From: Acidobacteriota bacterium
GTDB taxonomy: Bacteria; Acidobacteriota; UBA6911; RPQK01; JAJDTT01
Length of the DNA stretch: 64,000 nucleotides
Assembly: GCA_965209055.1 (NCBI GenBank)
Contig: OZ242374.1
Span: 1,984,001 to 2,048,000 of the forward strand
Direction of reading: 5' to 3'
The position numbers were made by a program, and so were the translations under genes. Positions 26,377 to 37,594 of the stretch are shown piece after piece. Under the pieces are notes generated by a model. It saw only the letters and a program-made list of their open reading frames with translations. It had not been told where the DNA came from and did not search any database. Numbering within the stretch: the first letter of the stretch is position 1; each line of letters begins with the position of its first letter.

Positions 26377-28209
26377 GTGGTGAAGATTGCATCCATTACC
26401 ATACATAACTATCGGAGCATCCGGCATTGTGATCTGCTGTGCCGCGACATGCTCGTTCTGCTCGGCCAGAATAACCACGGAAAATCGAATGTCATCAGTG
26501 CCTTGGATTTTGCGCTCAACTCGTCGGTGAAGCCGGAAATAAACGAACTCTTTGCCTTCGCTGGGCCTGATGACAAGACGATGTGGGTGGAAGTCTCCTT
26601 TGATCGGCTAACTGAGCAGGAAAGTACGACGTGGAAAAAGTATGTTCGACCTGATGGCACTTTCCGCTTTCGGAAAACAGCCAAGTATGATGATGAAGGC
26701 AAGATTGTCGTGGCATACAACGGCTACGTGTCGGAACCTGAGGAAGAATGGCTGAAGGCCGACAACGCACGCAACTACACGAAGCGCGGCGCAGTTTCTG
26801 AAACGCCGCTGAGCGCCCATGTCCCGAATTCAGGACGACTAACCAAAGCCCATATTGAAGAGGCCCAACGGCAGTACATCGAAGATCACCGCGCAGACTT
26901 GATTTTCCACGAAGCCCTTGAGGAAGGCCCGTTGCTCGGCCAGAGAAACGTCGCGGCAGGTGTCCTGCCAGAGTTCTTCCTTGTTCCCGCTGTCCGGGAT
27001 TTGAGCGACGAATCGAAAGTCAAGAGCACGGCACTCTTCGGAAAACTCATTACCTTTGCAGTCACGGAAATGGCCTCCGCAGACCCACGCTTCCGTCAGA
27101 TTCAGGAACAGCTCAGCGAGCTGATCGGGGTTCTCAATGCGGCACCGGACAGCGAAGACCGTCCCCAGCAGCTAACCGACCTTGAATCTTCCATCGAGCA
27201 AGAACTATCTGAATGGGGCGTGCGTGTGTCTGTGGAAGTGACGCCGCCGGACATCTCTAAAATCTTCGAATTGGGCACGGATATCCATCTCGACGACGGC
27301 CTCAAGACCTTGGCCGAGCGCAAAGGACATGGTCTGCAGCGTGCCTTGATCTTTGGCCTCATGAAAGCATGGGCAAAGGCCATGCGCCGGGCTGTCCCAG
27401 CAGCGCTAGGCACCAAAGCCCGCAAAGCGTCTGAATCTGTCGTCTTCGCGATAGAAGAACCGGAGCTCTTCTTGCACCCGCATGCACAACGTACTTTGGA
27501 CACGGCCCTTCGAGTACTTGCCCGCAGTGACAACAGTCAGGTTCTCGTTTGCAGCCACTCCACCCATTTCGTGAACTTGGATGATTACCGAGGTATTGCC
27601 CTGATTCGAAAAGCCTCTGCCGAGGAAGGCACCACCTTGGTGCAATGCACCGAGGACTTGTTCGAAGGCGAAGGCGATCCTGACCGCAAACGCCGGTTCC
27701 ATATGGCTGCATGGGTGAATCCGGATCGCGGTGAGATGCTCTTCGCTCGCCGTGTAGCATTCGTCGAAGGCGAAACTGAAAAATCGGTCTTCCCATATCT
27801 CGCCAAGAAAATGGGTTGCTACGCAGAGGATGTTTCCGTAATCGACTGCGGTTCGAAGCACAACATCCCGCTCTACGTGGCCATAGCCGAGGCCTTTCAT
27901 CTCAATTACATCGTTGTGCATGATGAAGACCCGTTGCCCGCTCCGATTCCCGAAGACTGGAGCAAAGACAAGACGCGAGCGAAGAGACGCACCTTTAAGT
28001 TGAACGATGAAATCCAAACGACTGTAGGTGAATCAGGTTCGGTCGCAGTCTTGCGGCCGGATTTCGAGGGCTGTAGCGGGGTGCCCCACGCTAAAGCTAA
28101 ACGAAAAGGAAAAGCACTCGCTGCCTTGGACTACTTTGATTCAGTTGCGACCGTTGACATCCCACAGCACCTCGCTGACACGATTCGGATGGTTTACGGA
28201 GATGCATAG
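26377..28209 (+). CDS. OLD-family ATP-dependent nuclease (ABC ATPase + TOPRIM)
   Basis: IHNYRSI, GQNNHGKS (Walker A), KGHGLQR signature, IEEPELFLHP (Walker B), SHSTHF, FVEGETE and VHDED TOPRIM motifs. Confidence 0.92.
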   Translation: MVKIASITIHNYRSIRHCDLLCRDMLVLLGQNNHGKSNVISALDFALNSSVKPEINELFAFAGPDDKTMWVEVSFDRLTEQESTTWKKYVRPDGTFRFRKTAKYDDEGKIVVAYNGYVSEPEEEWLKADNARNYTKRGAVSETPLSAHVPNSGRLTKAHIEEAQRQYIEDHRADLIFHEALEEGPLLGQRNVAAGVLPEFFLVPAVRDLSDESKVKSTALFGKLITFAVTEMASADPRFRQIQEQLSELIGVLNAAPDSEDRPQQLTDLESSIEQELSEWGVRVSVEVTPPDISKIFELGTDIHLDDGLKTLAERKGHGLQRALIFGLMKAWAKAMRRAVPAALGTKARKASESVVFAIEEPELFLHPHAQRTLDTALRVLARSDNSQVLVCSHSTHFVNLDDYRGIALIRKASAEEGTTLVQCTEDLFEGEGDPDRKRRFHMAAWVNPDRGEMLFARRVAFVEGETEKSVFPYLAKKMGCYAEDVSVIDCGSKHNIPLYVAIAEAFHLNYIVVHDEDPLPAPIPEDWSKDKTRAKRRTFKLNDEIQTTVGESGSVAVLRPDFEGCSGVPHAKAKRKGKALAALDYFDSVATVDIPQHLADTIRMVYGDA

Positions 28210-28801
28210 GAAATAGCGGCACGTCGAAATAGAGGACGGACGCAACACAGGTTCAGAAACAAACTACTATTCAGCCAGTGGCTTGTGAGCCTGCTCGGGA
28301 TCGATCTGCTTCGCGAGCACCAGCGCTCGAACTCGAACACGCGACTGTGCTCACGCTGCTCTCGGAGCGGTGACCAGGCAGGTGCTCAAAACGGTGGACC
28401 AAGCTGAAGACACGCCAAATTGAACGAGGATGGGACCTCGTCGTCGCGAGTGTAGAGAGTGGTGGATGGTTCAGGGATTCTCGACCTTTACCACGGATCG
28501 ACGCGCATCGCCAACGATGCAAGAGACTGTACCGGATTGTTTCAGAATTCGTGTGTAGTCGAAATCCGGTGGTCCGCAACAGAGTCGCACCCGCCCATCT
28601 TGAACCTGAGCCAGTTGAAGGCCGCGATGCCATTGACGTTCTGTGTCGCACCCATGGACAAGGAGGGTGGTATGGCGAACGGGGCGCTGGCTTTACTGCG
28701 AAAGCCGACGAAAAGGCGGTGCCCTTGGTGAAGCTGGGCATCGCCATGGGGTTGATGGGCGCGGGAGAGGGGAGAACGGCAATGCGGGGCAGGGACGGAG
28801 C

Positions 28802-30208
28802 ATGACGGCGGAAGAGTTCGATGCCGGCCGTTGGGGCGAGCGTGTGGCGGCGGCACTCGCGGCGCTGGCACGGGCCCAGGAGCCTTATCTTCAGGAGTAT
28901 TGGCAGCGCAATCCGCGTGAGCGGCTAATCGTCGACGGCAAAGACGAGACTCCGTTTCCGCTGGACGACCTGCGCATGGTCTTTGCCGAGGCGCGCCACA
29001 GCCAGAGGTTCGGCAGAGAGGCGGAGTACGCGCCCCTTCGCGCGTTGCTCGATCCGACGCGCCACGCCGTGTTGTCGCATCCGAAACTCGAGCGTGTGGC
29101 GGTATCCGGGCGGATAATCGGAGAGAATGATTTCTGGATGCGGCTGGTGAATTCAGGTACATCGATCTCGGCTGGGGACCTGATTGCGGGGCTGATGGCA
29201 AGGGCCGCAGAGCTGTCTGGAGACTGCTTCCGCGCGGCCGCCTGTGAACTGAACGCTTTCCTGTCGCCGGCCCAAGATGAAGGGGCGTCGGATGTGCTGG
29301 GCGACCTCGATGAGGGTTGCGACGCGCTCCTGTTCTACGGCCTGACCGTAAGTGAGAGGATCGAAATTGGAAACGGCATGGCGATCCTCCCGTACGGAGA
29401 AGTGCGGCGCTTCCTGGACCGGGAGATTGTGGAAGAACTCGATCCTCGGGGTGCTGGCTTCCACGGGCGGCGCTCGATGGGCGCAATCATACGACCGTTC
29501 CGGTGGCGGCCGGTATTCCGCCGGAGGGGCAGCGTGAACGAACCGATGGCATACCCGCCAGCAACGTTTTTCCCACGCGCGCGGGCATTCCTGGACCTGT
29601 TTGCCGTGAGCCACGCAGCACCGGTTCTGCCGCTCGCAGCGATATCGGATTGCATCAGCCGTTCGGCGGCCCATCTTTTCGGCGTGGAGCGCCAGGGACT
29701 AGGGATGAACGAGAGGTGGGCGGCGGTTGGATTCGACGGGTTTTCCGAGTGTCCGGTGCTGAAGCCGGCGGCGTTCCACGAGGCGCGGGAGGCGTTCCAA
29801 CACTGGGAGAGTGCACGTTACCAGCGAATGGCGCCCTTCGTGGCGCGGCTGGCCGAGGCGCTTGGTCGGAACGGTCGGTTCGCAATGAGTGACAAGGTCG
29901 TAGACGTAGCGATCACGATGGAGGGCATGTTCGAGTTGCCAAGATGGAAAAAGCTGCGGAAGTTGGAGGAACGAGTTTCTGGCTTTCTCGGAAACGATGC
30001 GGGCGATAGGCAAGGCATCAGGGACGACGTCCGAAATCTGTACGAGGCCCGCTCTGATATCGTTCACAGCGGATCAAGCGAGGTGTCGCCGTTCAGAAAC
30101 GGCGCGGCGTTCGTCACGGGTTTCGACCTCGCTAGGAGGTCGCTCTTCAAGCTGCTACGCGAGGGCATCCCCGAGAATTGGGACGAGGGAGCGGCTGAAG
30201 GCGAGTGA
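28802..30208 (+). CDS. HEPN-domain protein (ApeA-like C-terminal HEPN)
   Basis: VDVAITMEGMF...LYEARSDIVHSG (Rx4H) at the C-terminus; ATG at 28802. Confidence 0.75.
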   Translation: MTAEEFDAGRWGERVAAALAALARAQEPYLQEYWQRNPRERLIVDGKDETPFPLDDLRMVFAEARHSQRFGREAEYAPLRALLDPTRHAVLSHPKLERVAVSGRIIGENDFWMRLVNSGTSISAGDLIAGLMARAAELSGDCFRAAACELNAFLSPAQDEGASDVLGDLDEGCDALLFYGLTVSERIEIGNGMAILPYGEVRRFLDREIVEELDPRGAGFHGRRSMGAIIRPFRWRPVFRRRGSVNEPMAYPPATFFPRARAFLDLFAVSHAAPVLPLAAISDCISRSAAHLFGVERQGLGMNERWAAVGFDGFSECPVLKPAAFHEAREAFQHWESARYQRMAPFVARLAEALGRNGRFAMSDKVVDVAITMEGMFELPRWKKLRKLEERVSGFLGNDAGDRQGIRDDVRNLYEARSDIVHSGSSEVSPFRNGAAFVTGFDLARRSLFKLLREGIPENWDEGAAEGE

Positions 30209-30797
30209 GCCGTGTGAGAGCCAGATGTTGGAAAGAACGCAGGGTCGGCCGCGACATGGGGCTGTAGTGGCATTCGCGTAGGTTGGGTCTGATTCCAGGC
30301 GGTGAAATGCCAAAAGGTCCAGGCATGCCTCTCGAATCGTCATGCTGTCCTATGCTTCCCGTATCGTAATGAGCTTGAGAAGATCTGCCTTGTCAGGGAG
30401 TTCGACGCGCTGCCCGCCGACCTGCGGGAGAACCCATCGATTTAACCGCCAACCGGGAAGACGAGGCGAACTGGTGAGGACGTGGGTGGAAACTGGCTAT
30501 CTGCAGCAACGACTGCGCCGCCGTCGACATCTGTGTTATCCGTCCCGAGCGTGTGTCACCAGGGATGAACCTAATCGCCTTGAAACGCCGCAAGGGTGAT
30601 TCCGGCGTTTGGCAGAAGCCGGCGTTCCAGTTCGGCGATTACGGCTAGGCAGTTGTCGGCGAAGTGTCCCGTGCCTTCGCCAGTCAGACTTACCGTGACC
30701 TTCCCCCGGAATTAGGTCCACTCTCTACGTGATAGTCTAACGTCATTGAGAGGCCCCCCATTTCTTGGGCCAGTGCCTCAGCGAATTTCTGACCTTT

Positions 30798-32702
30798 CCT
30801 GACTTCGACAAATTATCGGCGCTGAGGCTCGGAAACGTTTGAGCCCATTGAGGTTGAGTTTTGGGCCCGTCTGTAGTGTACCTGGAATATTGATATTATC
30901 TTATTGTTCTGTTAGACTTTCCCCATGTTTGTGCGACAGATTCGCCGCCGACACACGCCCAATGTCGTCGTCCAAATTGTCGAGTCTTACCGCAACGAAC
31001 ACCGTCAACCCCGCCAGCGCCTGATCCGCTCCATGGGTTCCGCTCCCGAGGGGCCCGCACTTGAGGAACTCCTCCGGGTCGCCGAGTACGAGAAGGTGCG
31101 CCTGCTGGAGCAACGGCAGCCCGCGCTGTTCCCGCCGGCGTATCTGGCCGAGCAGGCGGTGGCCGCGCGGCGGGAGCGGAAGGCTTTGGGGCCGATCCCG
31201 ATTGCCGACGCCCGGAAGCTCCAGGGAGAAAAGGATCTGAAGCTGGGCTTTCACGAGGTCTTCGGCCAACTCTACGACGATCTCGGTCTGGCTCGCCTCT
31301 GGCCCCGGAATCAACGGGGGTCCGAGCGGGTGTTCCGGCAGTTGATGCTGGCGCGCCTGGCTGCGCCCGGCAAAAGCAAGCGCCACCTGGCGGCGGAGTT
31401 GTCCGAGCAGGGGGTGAACCTCCCCCTGGAGCGGGTCTACCGGATGATGGATCGCCTGAATCGTCAGCGGCAGAGCCGATTGCTGAAGCATTTGGACGGA
31501 ACCGTCCGGGGCTTGTTGGGAGGGCCGGTGCAAGTCGTGTTCCTGGACACGACGACGCTCTCCTTCGCGACCGAAGTGGAAGACGATTTGCGACGCAAGG
31601 GATACAGCAAGGACGGGAAACCGTATCGCTCGCAAGTGGTGCTGGCGTTGATGCAGACGACGGAAGGGTTGCCGGTCGGGTATCGCTTGTTCCCGGGGAA
31701 CACGACGGAGGTCAAGACGCTGTTGCCGATGCTTCAGGAGTTGCGAGAGCAGTTCGAAGTTGGACGGGCGGTGGTGGTGGCCGACGCCGGGTTGCTGAGC
31801 GACAAGAACCTGCGGGCGCTGACAAAGGCGGGGTTGGACTGGGTGGTCGCGGCACGGCTCCGGCAGCTCAAGCGGGCCGACTTCGCTGCCCTGGGCTCTC
31901 CGCAGGAGTGGACTCCACAGCCGCTGGACCGGAAGGGACGTCTGAGGCGTCTGACCGAACGGCAAGTCAACGGTCGCCGGCTGGTGGTGCGGTACTGTCC
32001 GAGCAAGGCGCGCCGGGACGCCCGAGCCCGAGAGCAGGCGGTGAAGAAGGCCGAAGAGAAGATCGCGAAGGGAGAACCGCTCGGGCGGCGCCCGGGACGG
32101 TTCCTGAAGCTGAAACGCCATGCGGTCACGCTCAACCGCCAGGCGATCGAACGCGATGCTCTCTTTGATGGACTGCACGGGGTCTGGACCAGCCTGGGCG
32201 AACCCCCCGCCTCACAGATCCGGGCGCATTATGCCGAGTTGTGGAGGATCGAGCAGGGCTTCCGGGTGCTCAAACACACGCTCCGGGTACGCCCGGTCTT
32301 TCACTGGACTGAGCGCCGGGTTCGCGCCCACGTCGCCCTCTGTTACGTCGCTTTCGCGCTGTTGCGCATCCTGCGCTGGAAGTACGCCCGGCAGCATGCC
32401 GGCCAGCCGTCGCTGAGCGAGGACCGAATCCTGGCGGAACTCGGCAACGTGACCGTCTCGCTGATCCGCGATCAGGGCAACGGCAACCGCTACCTGGTCC
32501 CCTTCGGCTCCACCCGGGAGCAGCGCTTGCTCTACAAGACGGTCGGCCTCACCCTCCGCCGGACCACGACCCTGCTGTTGTCGCCAAATCGTCCCCAGAG
32601 TTGAACCCCGCCCCGCTCTCCATTTCCTAGCTCTGTAGTGTACTCTGAGAACACTTGCATAATTAAATCAATAACTTACGGTTCAAAACCGTCGAAGTCA
32701 GG
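30798..32702 (+). mobile_element. IS1634-family insertion sequence, intact
   Basis: 12-bp terminal IR CCTGACTTCGAC / GTCGAAGTCAGG; 6-bp target duplication ACCTTT (30792-30797, 32703-32708); internal direct repeat TCTGTAGTGTAC at 30870 and 32632. Confidence 0.92.
30925..32604 (+). CDS. IS1634-family DDE transposase
   Basis: FLDTTT, GYSKDGK, FPGNTTE, VADAGL, YAELWRIEQGFRVLK, RPVFHWTERRVRAHV. Confidence 0.95.
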   Translation: MFVRQIRRRHTPNVVVQIVESYRNEHRQPRQRLIRSMGSAPEGPALEELLRVAEYEKVRLLEQRQPALFPPAYLAEQAVAARRERKALGPIPIADARKLQGEKDLKLGFHEVFGQLYDDLGLARLWPRNQRGSERVFRQLMLARLAAPGKSKRHLAAELSEQGVNLPLERVYRMMDRLNRQRQSRLLKHLDGTVRGLLGGPVQVVFLDTTTLSFATEVEDDLRRKGYSKDGKPYRSQVVLALMQTTEGLPVGYRLFPGNTTEVKTLLPMLQELREQFEVGRAVVVADAGLLSDKNLRALTKAGLDWVVAARLRQLKRADFAALGSPQEWTPQPLDRKGRLRRLTERQVNGRRLVVRYCPSKARRDARAREQAVKKAEEKIAKGEPLGRRPGRFLKLKRHAVTLNRQAIERDALFDGLHGVWTSLGEPPASQIRAHYAELWRIEQGFRVLKHTLRVRPVFHWTERRVRAHVALCYVAFALLRILRWKYARQHAGQPSLSEDRILAELGNVTVSLIRDQGNGNRYLVPFGSTREQRLLYKTVGLTLRRTTTLLLSPNRPQS

Positions 32703-33002
32703 ACCTTTGTTCGGCCTAAAGGGCCTTGAATTCCAAGGGCGAGAGCTCATTGAGATACAAATTTAGGGTGCTACTCTAATCGATTGGGAATTGCAGCAGG
32801 GTGGATGGTGATAACTAGAAATCTGGGGGCAACTCAACACATCTCAATTGCATTATTCATTTATGATCAGTTATTTAAGTCGGTCTTGTGATTCCCACCG
32901 CCTCCACCATTTTTCGAGACCCAGCTCGCCTCTCCGGGAAGGCGTCCCATCTCTCTCGCGGAGGGGACAGTCACCATTTCTTTCTCCCGGGCGGGAAGCC
33001 GA

Positions 33003-34670
33003 TCAAAACTCAAGCCAGCCTTGATTCAACGCCAGCACAAGCAACCCTGCTGCCGGGGAGATGACGGCCAGGGCCAATCCGCAAATCCACAGCCACGAGG
33101 TGGTGAATGGTCCGGGACGGATTCGCTCGTCCACGGCGCGGTACCTCAAATAAAGCGTTCCCAGACCAAACACTGGATAGAGCACGACTGCCACAAATCC
33201 CGAAATGATCAACATCAGCGGAGGGTTTTGCAGCAGGCAATACGTCACCGTTCCCATCGTGAGGCCGAAAACGATGTAGAAGCGCGTGAAGCGCAGGCGC
33301 GCCCCGTAGTCGCGCGCGTCAATCACTCCCATCACGCAAAGAGCATCGGCCACCAATCGTGAACTCCCAGCGGTGCCGGAATAGGTCGTCGAGAACAGCA
33401 CCACGAACCCGCCGACCACGAAGAGCGTGGCCGCCCACGGGCCCAACGACTCCGTGAAAATGTTTTGCAGCACACCGAGCGTCTCTTTGCCCGCCGGATC
33501 GCGCTCCGGATACAAAATCGCCGCGCCGAGCAAGTAAAAACAGACGGTGCTGATGGTGAACACGGCCATGGTGAGCAGCACGTCGGTATACATGACGCGT
33601 ATCCACCCGCGAGCCCGCCGCGCCCACTGGTCTCCGGGTTGATTCGCGCCGGTGTGTCGCGCGTAGCCTTTTTCGACGCACCAGTACGTGTAGTGCATCA
33701 TCTCCCAAGTGCCGATCCCGGTCCCCGCGTACATGCCCAGCGCGGTCAACACGATCATCGTCAGCGTCACGTCCACTCCCAGAAACTCGGGAAACGAAAA
33801 CTGGAATCCTTGGCGAATTTGGTCGAACGTAATGGCGTTGTCCGTCCAGTGAAGCAGCGCCGTGCAGAGAATCGTGATCAATGTGAAAACAAGAACCAAT
33901 GCCAGCGATACCCGTTCCAGCATCTTGTAACGGCCCACCAGCAACAGCGCCCCGCAAACCACGGCGACGCCGGCAGTCCACAGCTTGGCGTCGGTGGTTC
34001 CCAGGACGTTTTCAAAACCCAGCGCCAGGGCCTGGCCTGCCCCGCCCATCACCGCGCCGACGTTGATGAACATGACCAATTGACAAGCAAGGTACAGCCA
34101 CAGGAACCACCCCAACATCGGCCGGCTTTGGGCATCCGGCGTTTGCGCCATCTCGCGTTGCCGGCTTCGCATCGCGAGCAACAACGCAGCCACGATCCAA
34201 ATGGACAGCACGCCGGCGGCCAATCCGCCCGCACCGATACCCGAGGCCAGATTCCACGACAAGAGGCCCAGGCCGAGGTATGTGCTGACCACGACTATCA
34301 GCAACCACTCCAGACAAAGCCAACCCGGCCGCCGTCCGCGTGGTCCGGGCAGCTTGTTGAACATCACCAAGATCGTCTCGCCGCTGGAAATCACATGGCG
34401 TCCCAGTTCGGCTTGGACAACGGTCTTGATGACGCAGGAGAGCAGCACAAACCACAAGAGTGCAAAACCAGCTTGTGCGCCGAGCTTGGTCGTCATGATC
34501 AACTCGCCGGAACCGACGATCGAGCCGACCAGGATCAGTCCGGGACCCAAGTACCGCAGGGTCGTCCCGATGCTCTGCGGTGGTTCGCGAAACGTATGCG
34601 CATCGCGCGCGTACAGATCGGCCGGGTCATTCGTTCCGTGCTGTTTGCGCGACGATGGTTTGGCGTTCAT
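33003..34670 (-). CDS. Nramp-like (APC superfamily) membrane transporter
   Basis: LGPGLILVGSIVGSGELI, GFALLWFVLLSCVIK, YTYWCVEKGY; many TM helices. Confidence 0.85.
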   Translation of the reverse strand: MNAKPSSRKQHGTNDPADLYARDAHTFREPPQSIGTTLRYLGPGLILVGSIVGSGELIMTTKLGAQAGFALLWFVLLSCVIKTVVQAELGRHVISSGETILVMFNKLPGPRGRRPGWLCLEWLLIVVVSTYLGLGLLSWNLASGIGAGGLAAGVLSIWIVAALLLAMRSRQREMAQTPDAQSRPMLGWFLWLYLACQLVMFINVGAVMGGAGQALALGFENVLGTTDAKLWTAGVAVVCGALLLVGRYKMLERVSLALVLVFTLITILCTALLHWTDNAITFDQIRQGFQFSFPEFLGVDVTLTMIVLTALGMYAGTGIGTWEMMHYTYWCVEKGYARHTGANQPGDQWARRARGWIRVMYTDVLLTMAVFTISTVCFYLLGAAILYPERDPAGKETLGVLQNIFTESLGPWAATLFVVGGFVVLFSTTYSGTAGSSRLVADALCVMGVIDARDYGARLRFTRFYIVFGLTMGTVTYCLLQNPPLMLIISGFVAVVLYPVFGLGTLYLRYRAVDERIRPGPFTTSWLWICGLALAVISPAAGLLVLALNQGWLEF

Positions 34671-34872
34671 GACGGACTCGGTTGACGGATCGAGCCGGCC
34701 ATTCTTTGCTGCATGACACCAGTTGCGCGAATTCGGGTGATCCTCACGATGGCACCCGCAGTTTACATTCCTGGCGCGTTGAAGACTCAGTGAGAAGGGG
34801 ACAGTCACTTTTTCTTCCTTCCCTTTTTCTTTCCTCCGGGGAGACTCGGGTCAGGACAGGCCCCTGCCGTTG

Positions 34873-37218
34873 TCAGAACCGCAACAACTTGTTGATCTTG
34901 ATGACCAAGCCGCGGTTCCGCAGGTCCCAGCCCCGGTCGGGGCGCAAGCCGCCGGTGACGTCGCGGTCGTCGGTGTAGACGACGAAGAGCTCGCTGCCCG
35001 GGCTGTACTCCCACCGCAGGCGCAGGTTGCTGCTGAAGGAGTTGCTGGCCGAGTTGTACTGGATGAGCCCGCTGAAGAACATGCGGGGGGTGAACGCGTA
35101 GTTGACCCGCGTCACCGCCAGGTTCGTCTGGAACGCCCCGTACGGCGTTTCGATCCAGTTGAAGGACACGGTCGGCTCCACCGACATCTGCGGCAGCACC
35201 GCGATGCGGCCCTGCGTGAGTTCCAACGTCGTCAGGTCCCCGCCGAAGTAGGCGCCCCGTCTCACCGCCACCGTTCCGTTGAAGCGGCGTTGCTGTGCCA
35301 TGGAGTACGCCACGTGGACGTCGGCGAACCTGTAGCCTCCCGCCGGGATCGAGAATCCGGCGCCGGCAGGAACGAACGGCTCGACCAGCAACTCGTAGCT
35401 GTCGGTCACCGTCAGAGTCACCCGGTCGCTGGACTCGAACTCGGTCTCGAACGCCACGATGTTCTGGCGCGTCTCCAGGTGGTTCTCGTCAGCCGTCAGG
35501 ATGGTGTCGATGCCGCCCTCCAGGGTGAACTGCCGGACGCTCTTGATCGACGCCGGCCGGGGGCTGAATCGCGCCGACGTGAAGGTGCGCCTGAAGTTGT
35601 CGCGCCGCAGGAAGCCCACCTCCGGCAGGAAGTTGTCCTCCACCACGAGGTGGTCCACCTGGAACCCGTAGCGGTCCGCTGCGTACTCGAACTTGCCCTG
35701 GTAGCTCAGGTCCTTGCCCTGGTATTCGGGACCGGGAAGCTGGGTCCGGGCAATGTAGGTAATCAGGTTGACGTTTTCGAAGAAGGCGAAGGTGCCGTCG
35801 ACGCCGTAGGCCTGGCTTGAACCCGGGGCCACCCGGGAGACCGAGCGGTTGGTGAACATGGCGCCCACGGAGCTGCGCCGCAGAATGTCGCGCCGGAGAC
35901 GGACGACCGAGAAATTGGTCGGCGAGGAGTCCGAGACCGACTCCTCGCCGGCGTGGATGTTCAGCAGCCCCACGTCGAACCTTCCAACCTTGCCGGTGAC
36001 CCGCGCTCCGCCGACGATCGGCACCACGCGGCCCTCCTCCAGCCCGATCTTCCGGCTGTAGAAGAGCTGCGGCACGTTCACGTCGCCGAAGAACCCGGGG
36101 ACCTGCCGGCGGGCCGCACTGGTGCCGCGCGTGAAGCCGCCGGTGGCGAAGCCGAAGATGCCCCGTCCTTCGAGGAAGAACTCCCGCTTCTCCGGAAAGA
36201 ACAGCGGGAAGCGGGTCAGGTTCACCTGCCGCTCGTCCACCTCGACTTGGGCGAAGTCGGTGTTCCAGGTGAAGTCCGCGGTCAGGTTCTGCGTGATGCC
36301 GTACTTGACGTCGATGCCGCCGTCGGCGCTGACCTCGTTGATCTTCACCGGGGTCGCGGCCCTGTCCGTGGTCAAGCCGCCGATGGCATAGGGTTTGAGC
36401 TCGATGTTGCGCCCCGCCGCTGGAGGCTCGAGGCCAACCAGCGAACCGGCCTGCGAGACGCGGAACATCCCGCGAGCACCGCCGCCGGCTCCGGACGCGA
36501 CGGGCAACCGCGTCAGATAGACCCACTCGTTCTTGCGCCGGATTGCGCGGCGGAGCTGAACGCCTCAGATATGAGGCGGATCCGAGCGGTAACGCAGGGT
36601 CTTGAACGGGATCTGCATCTCCACCGTCCAGCCGCCGTCGAAGCGGCCGGTACGCACGTCCCAGACCGGGTTCCAGTCCGCGTTCGGATTGCCCTCGTTC
36701 GTGAACTGCTGGTCTGCGCGGGCGCCGAGTGGATTGGTGTAGAAGTGGACTGCGTTGCGGCGGTCGTAAAACGTATCGAACAGCACGGCGAACGTGTCGT
36801 TCTGACGGAGCTGGCTGGTGTCGCGGCGCATCTCGTTGGCCACCCACTGGCTCTCGGGCGCCGAGTCCCAGACCCGCGCCGAGACGTAGATATTCGTCTC
36901 GTCGAACAGGATCCACGCCTCGGTCCGCTCGGTCGCCGCCGCTCCCACATCCGGCGTCAGTTGAATGAAGCCGCTGATGGCGGGAACTGTCCCGTAGACG
37001 GCTTCGTCCAGCACTCCGTCGAAGTCGATACTCTCATCCAGCCTCACCGCCCGAACCGTCGCCTGACCCTGATCGTTGCGGGTCATCACCGCCGGAGGAA
37101 CGGGAGCCGGCGGACCATCGATGAGAGCCGGGTCGACCACACCGGTGGAGTCCGTCTGGCCGGCCGTCGCCTGCCCCACAAAGCTCGACAGCAGAAGAAC
37201 CGATCCCACCAGGCACAT
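34873..37218 (-). pseudogene. CBM9-like/DUF5916 outer-membrane protein interrupted by an in-frame TGA
   Basis: N-part (DGVLDE...GWTVEMQIPFKTLRY) and C-part (NTDFAQVEVD...FFPEKREFFLEG) are in the same frame, separated only by TGA at 36565-36567 (PPHI*GVQLRR). Confidence 0.8.
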
Positions 37219-37393
37219 TGGTCGCAACAAAGGTCGTCCTCCTGTGCCACATCGCGCCGCAGGAACGGTTCCACCAATTGAGGCGGTCTTTGCTGCTGGC
37301 ATATGCCACATCGAGAAGGGGACAGTCACGTTCTCACGAAAAGGGGACAGTCAGGATCTCACACGAGCGGGGTCATGCAGGATCAGTCCATGG

Positions 37394-37594
37394 CTACCAG
37401 CTACGCTCTCTTTTGGCCACCCCTGTGAACTCGAAACGCCCCTCGAATTCCCGGAAGTCGATATTGACCAGTTCCCAGCCTTCTCTGCCAAGGCTGTTGA
37501 AATACTTTTCGACGCCTGGTCGGTCCCTGCCCTTGAGGATTCCCGCGCGAGGGATATCCTTCGAATCAAGAACTTTGTACTCCCACTTTTTCAT
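37394..37594 (-). CDS. DUF4177-like small protein (copy 1)
   Basis: MKKWEYKVL...NSLGREGWELV; GGGAGG RBS. Confidence 0.8.
   Translation of the reverse strand: MKKWEYKVLDSKDIPRAGILKGRDRPGVEKYFNSLGREGWELVNIDFREFEGRFEFTGVAKRERSW

Larger units (their letters stand above)
20713..32909. mobile_element. Genomic island 2 (integrase-less, tandem at ssrA)
   Basis: 20-bp GATTCCCACCGCCTCCACCA at 32890-32909 is identical to ssrA 5897-5916; preceded by TGGGGGCAACTCAACAC, like TGGGGGCAACCCAACAC at the first attR. Confidence 0.8.

Noticed and set aside
26377-28209. Gabija system
   Set aside because: No adjacent UvrD-like GajB gene; only the OLD-family nuclease is present.
6082-32909. Prophage or complete ICE
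   Set aside because: No capsid, terminase, tail, T4SS or coupling-protein genes were recognised.
25737-36567. UGA recoding (Trp or Sec) suggested by two TGA stops at probable Trp positions
   Set aside because: Many intact genes here end in TGA and use TGG for Trp; the SSB-like gene also has a frameshift. Ordinary G-to-A nonsense changes explain both.
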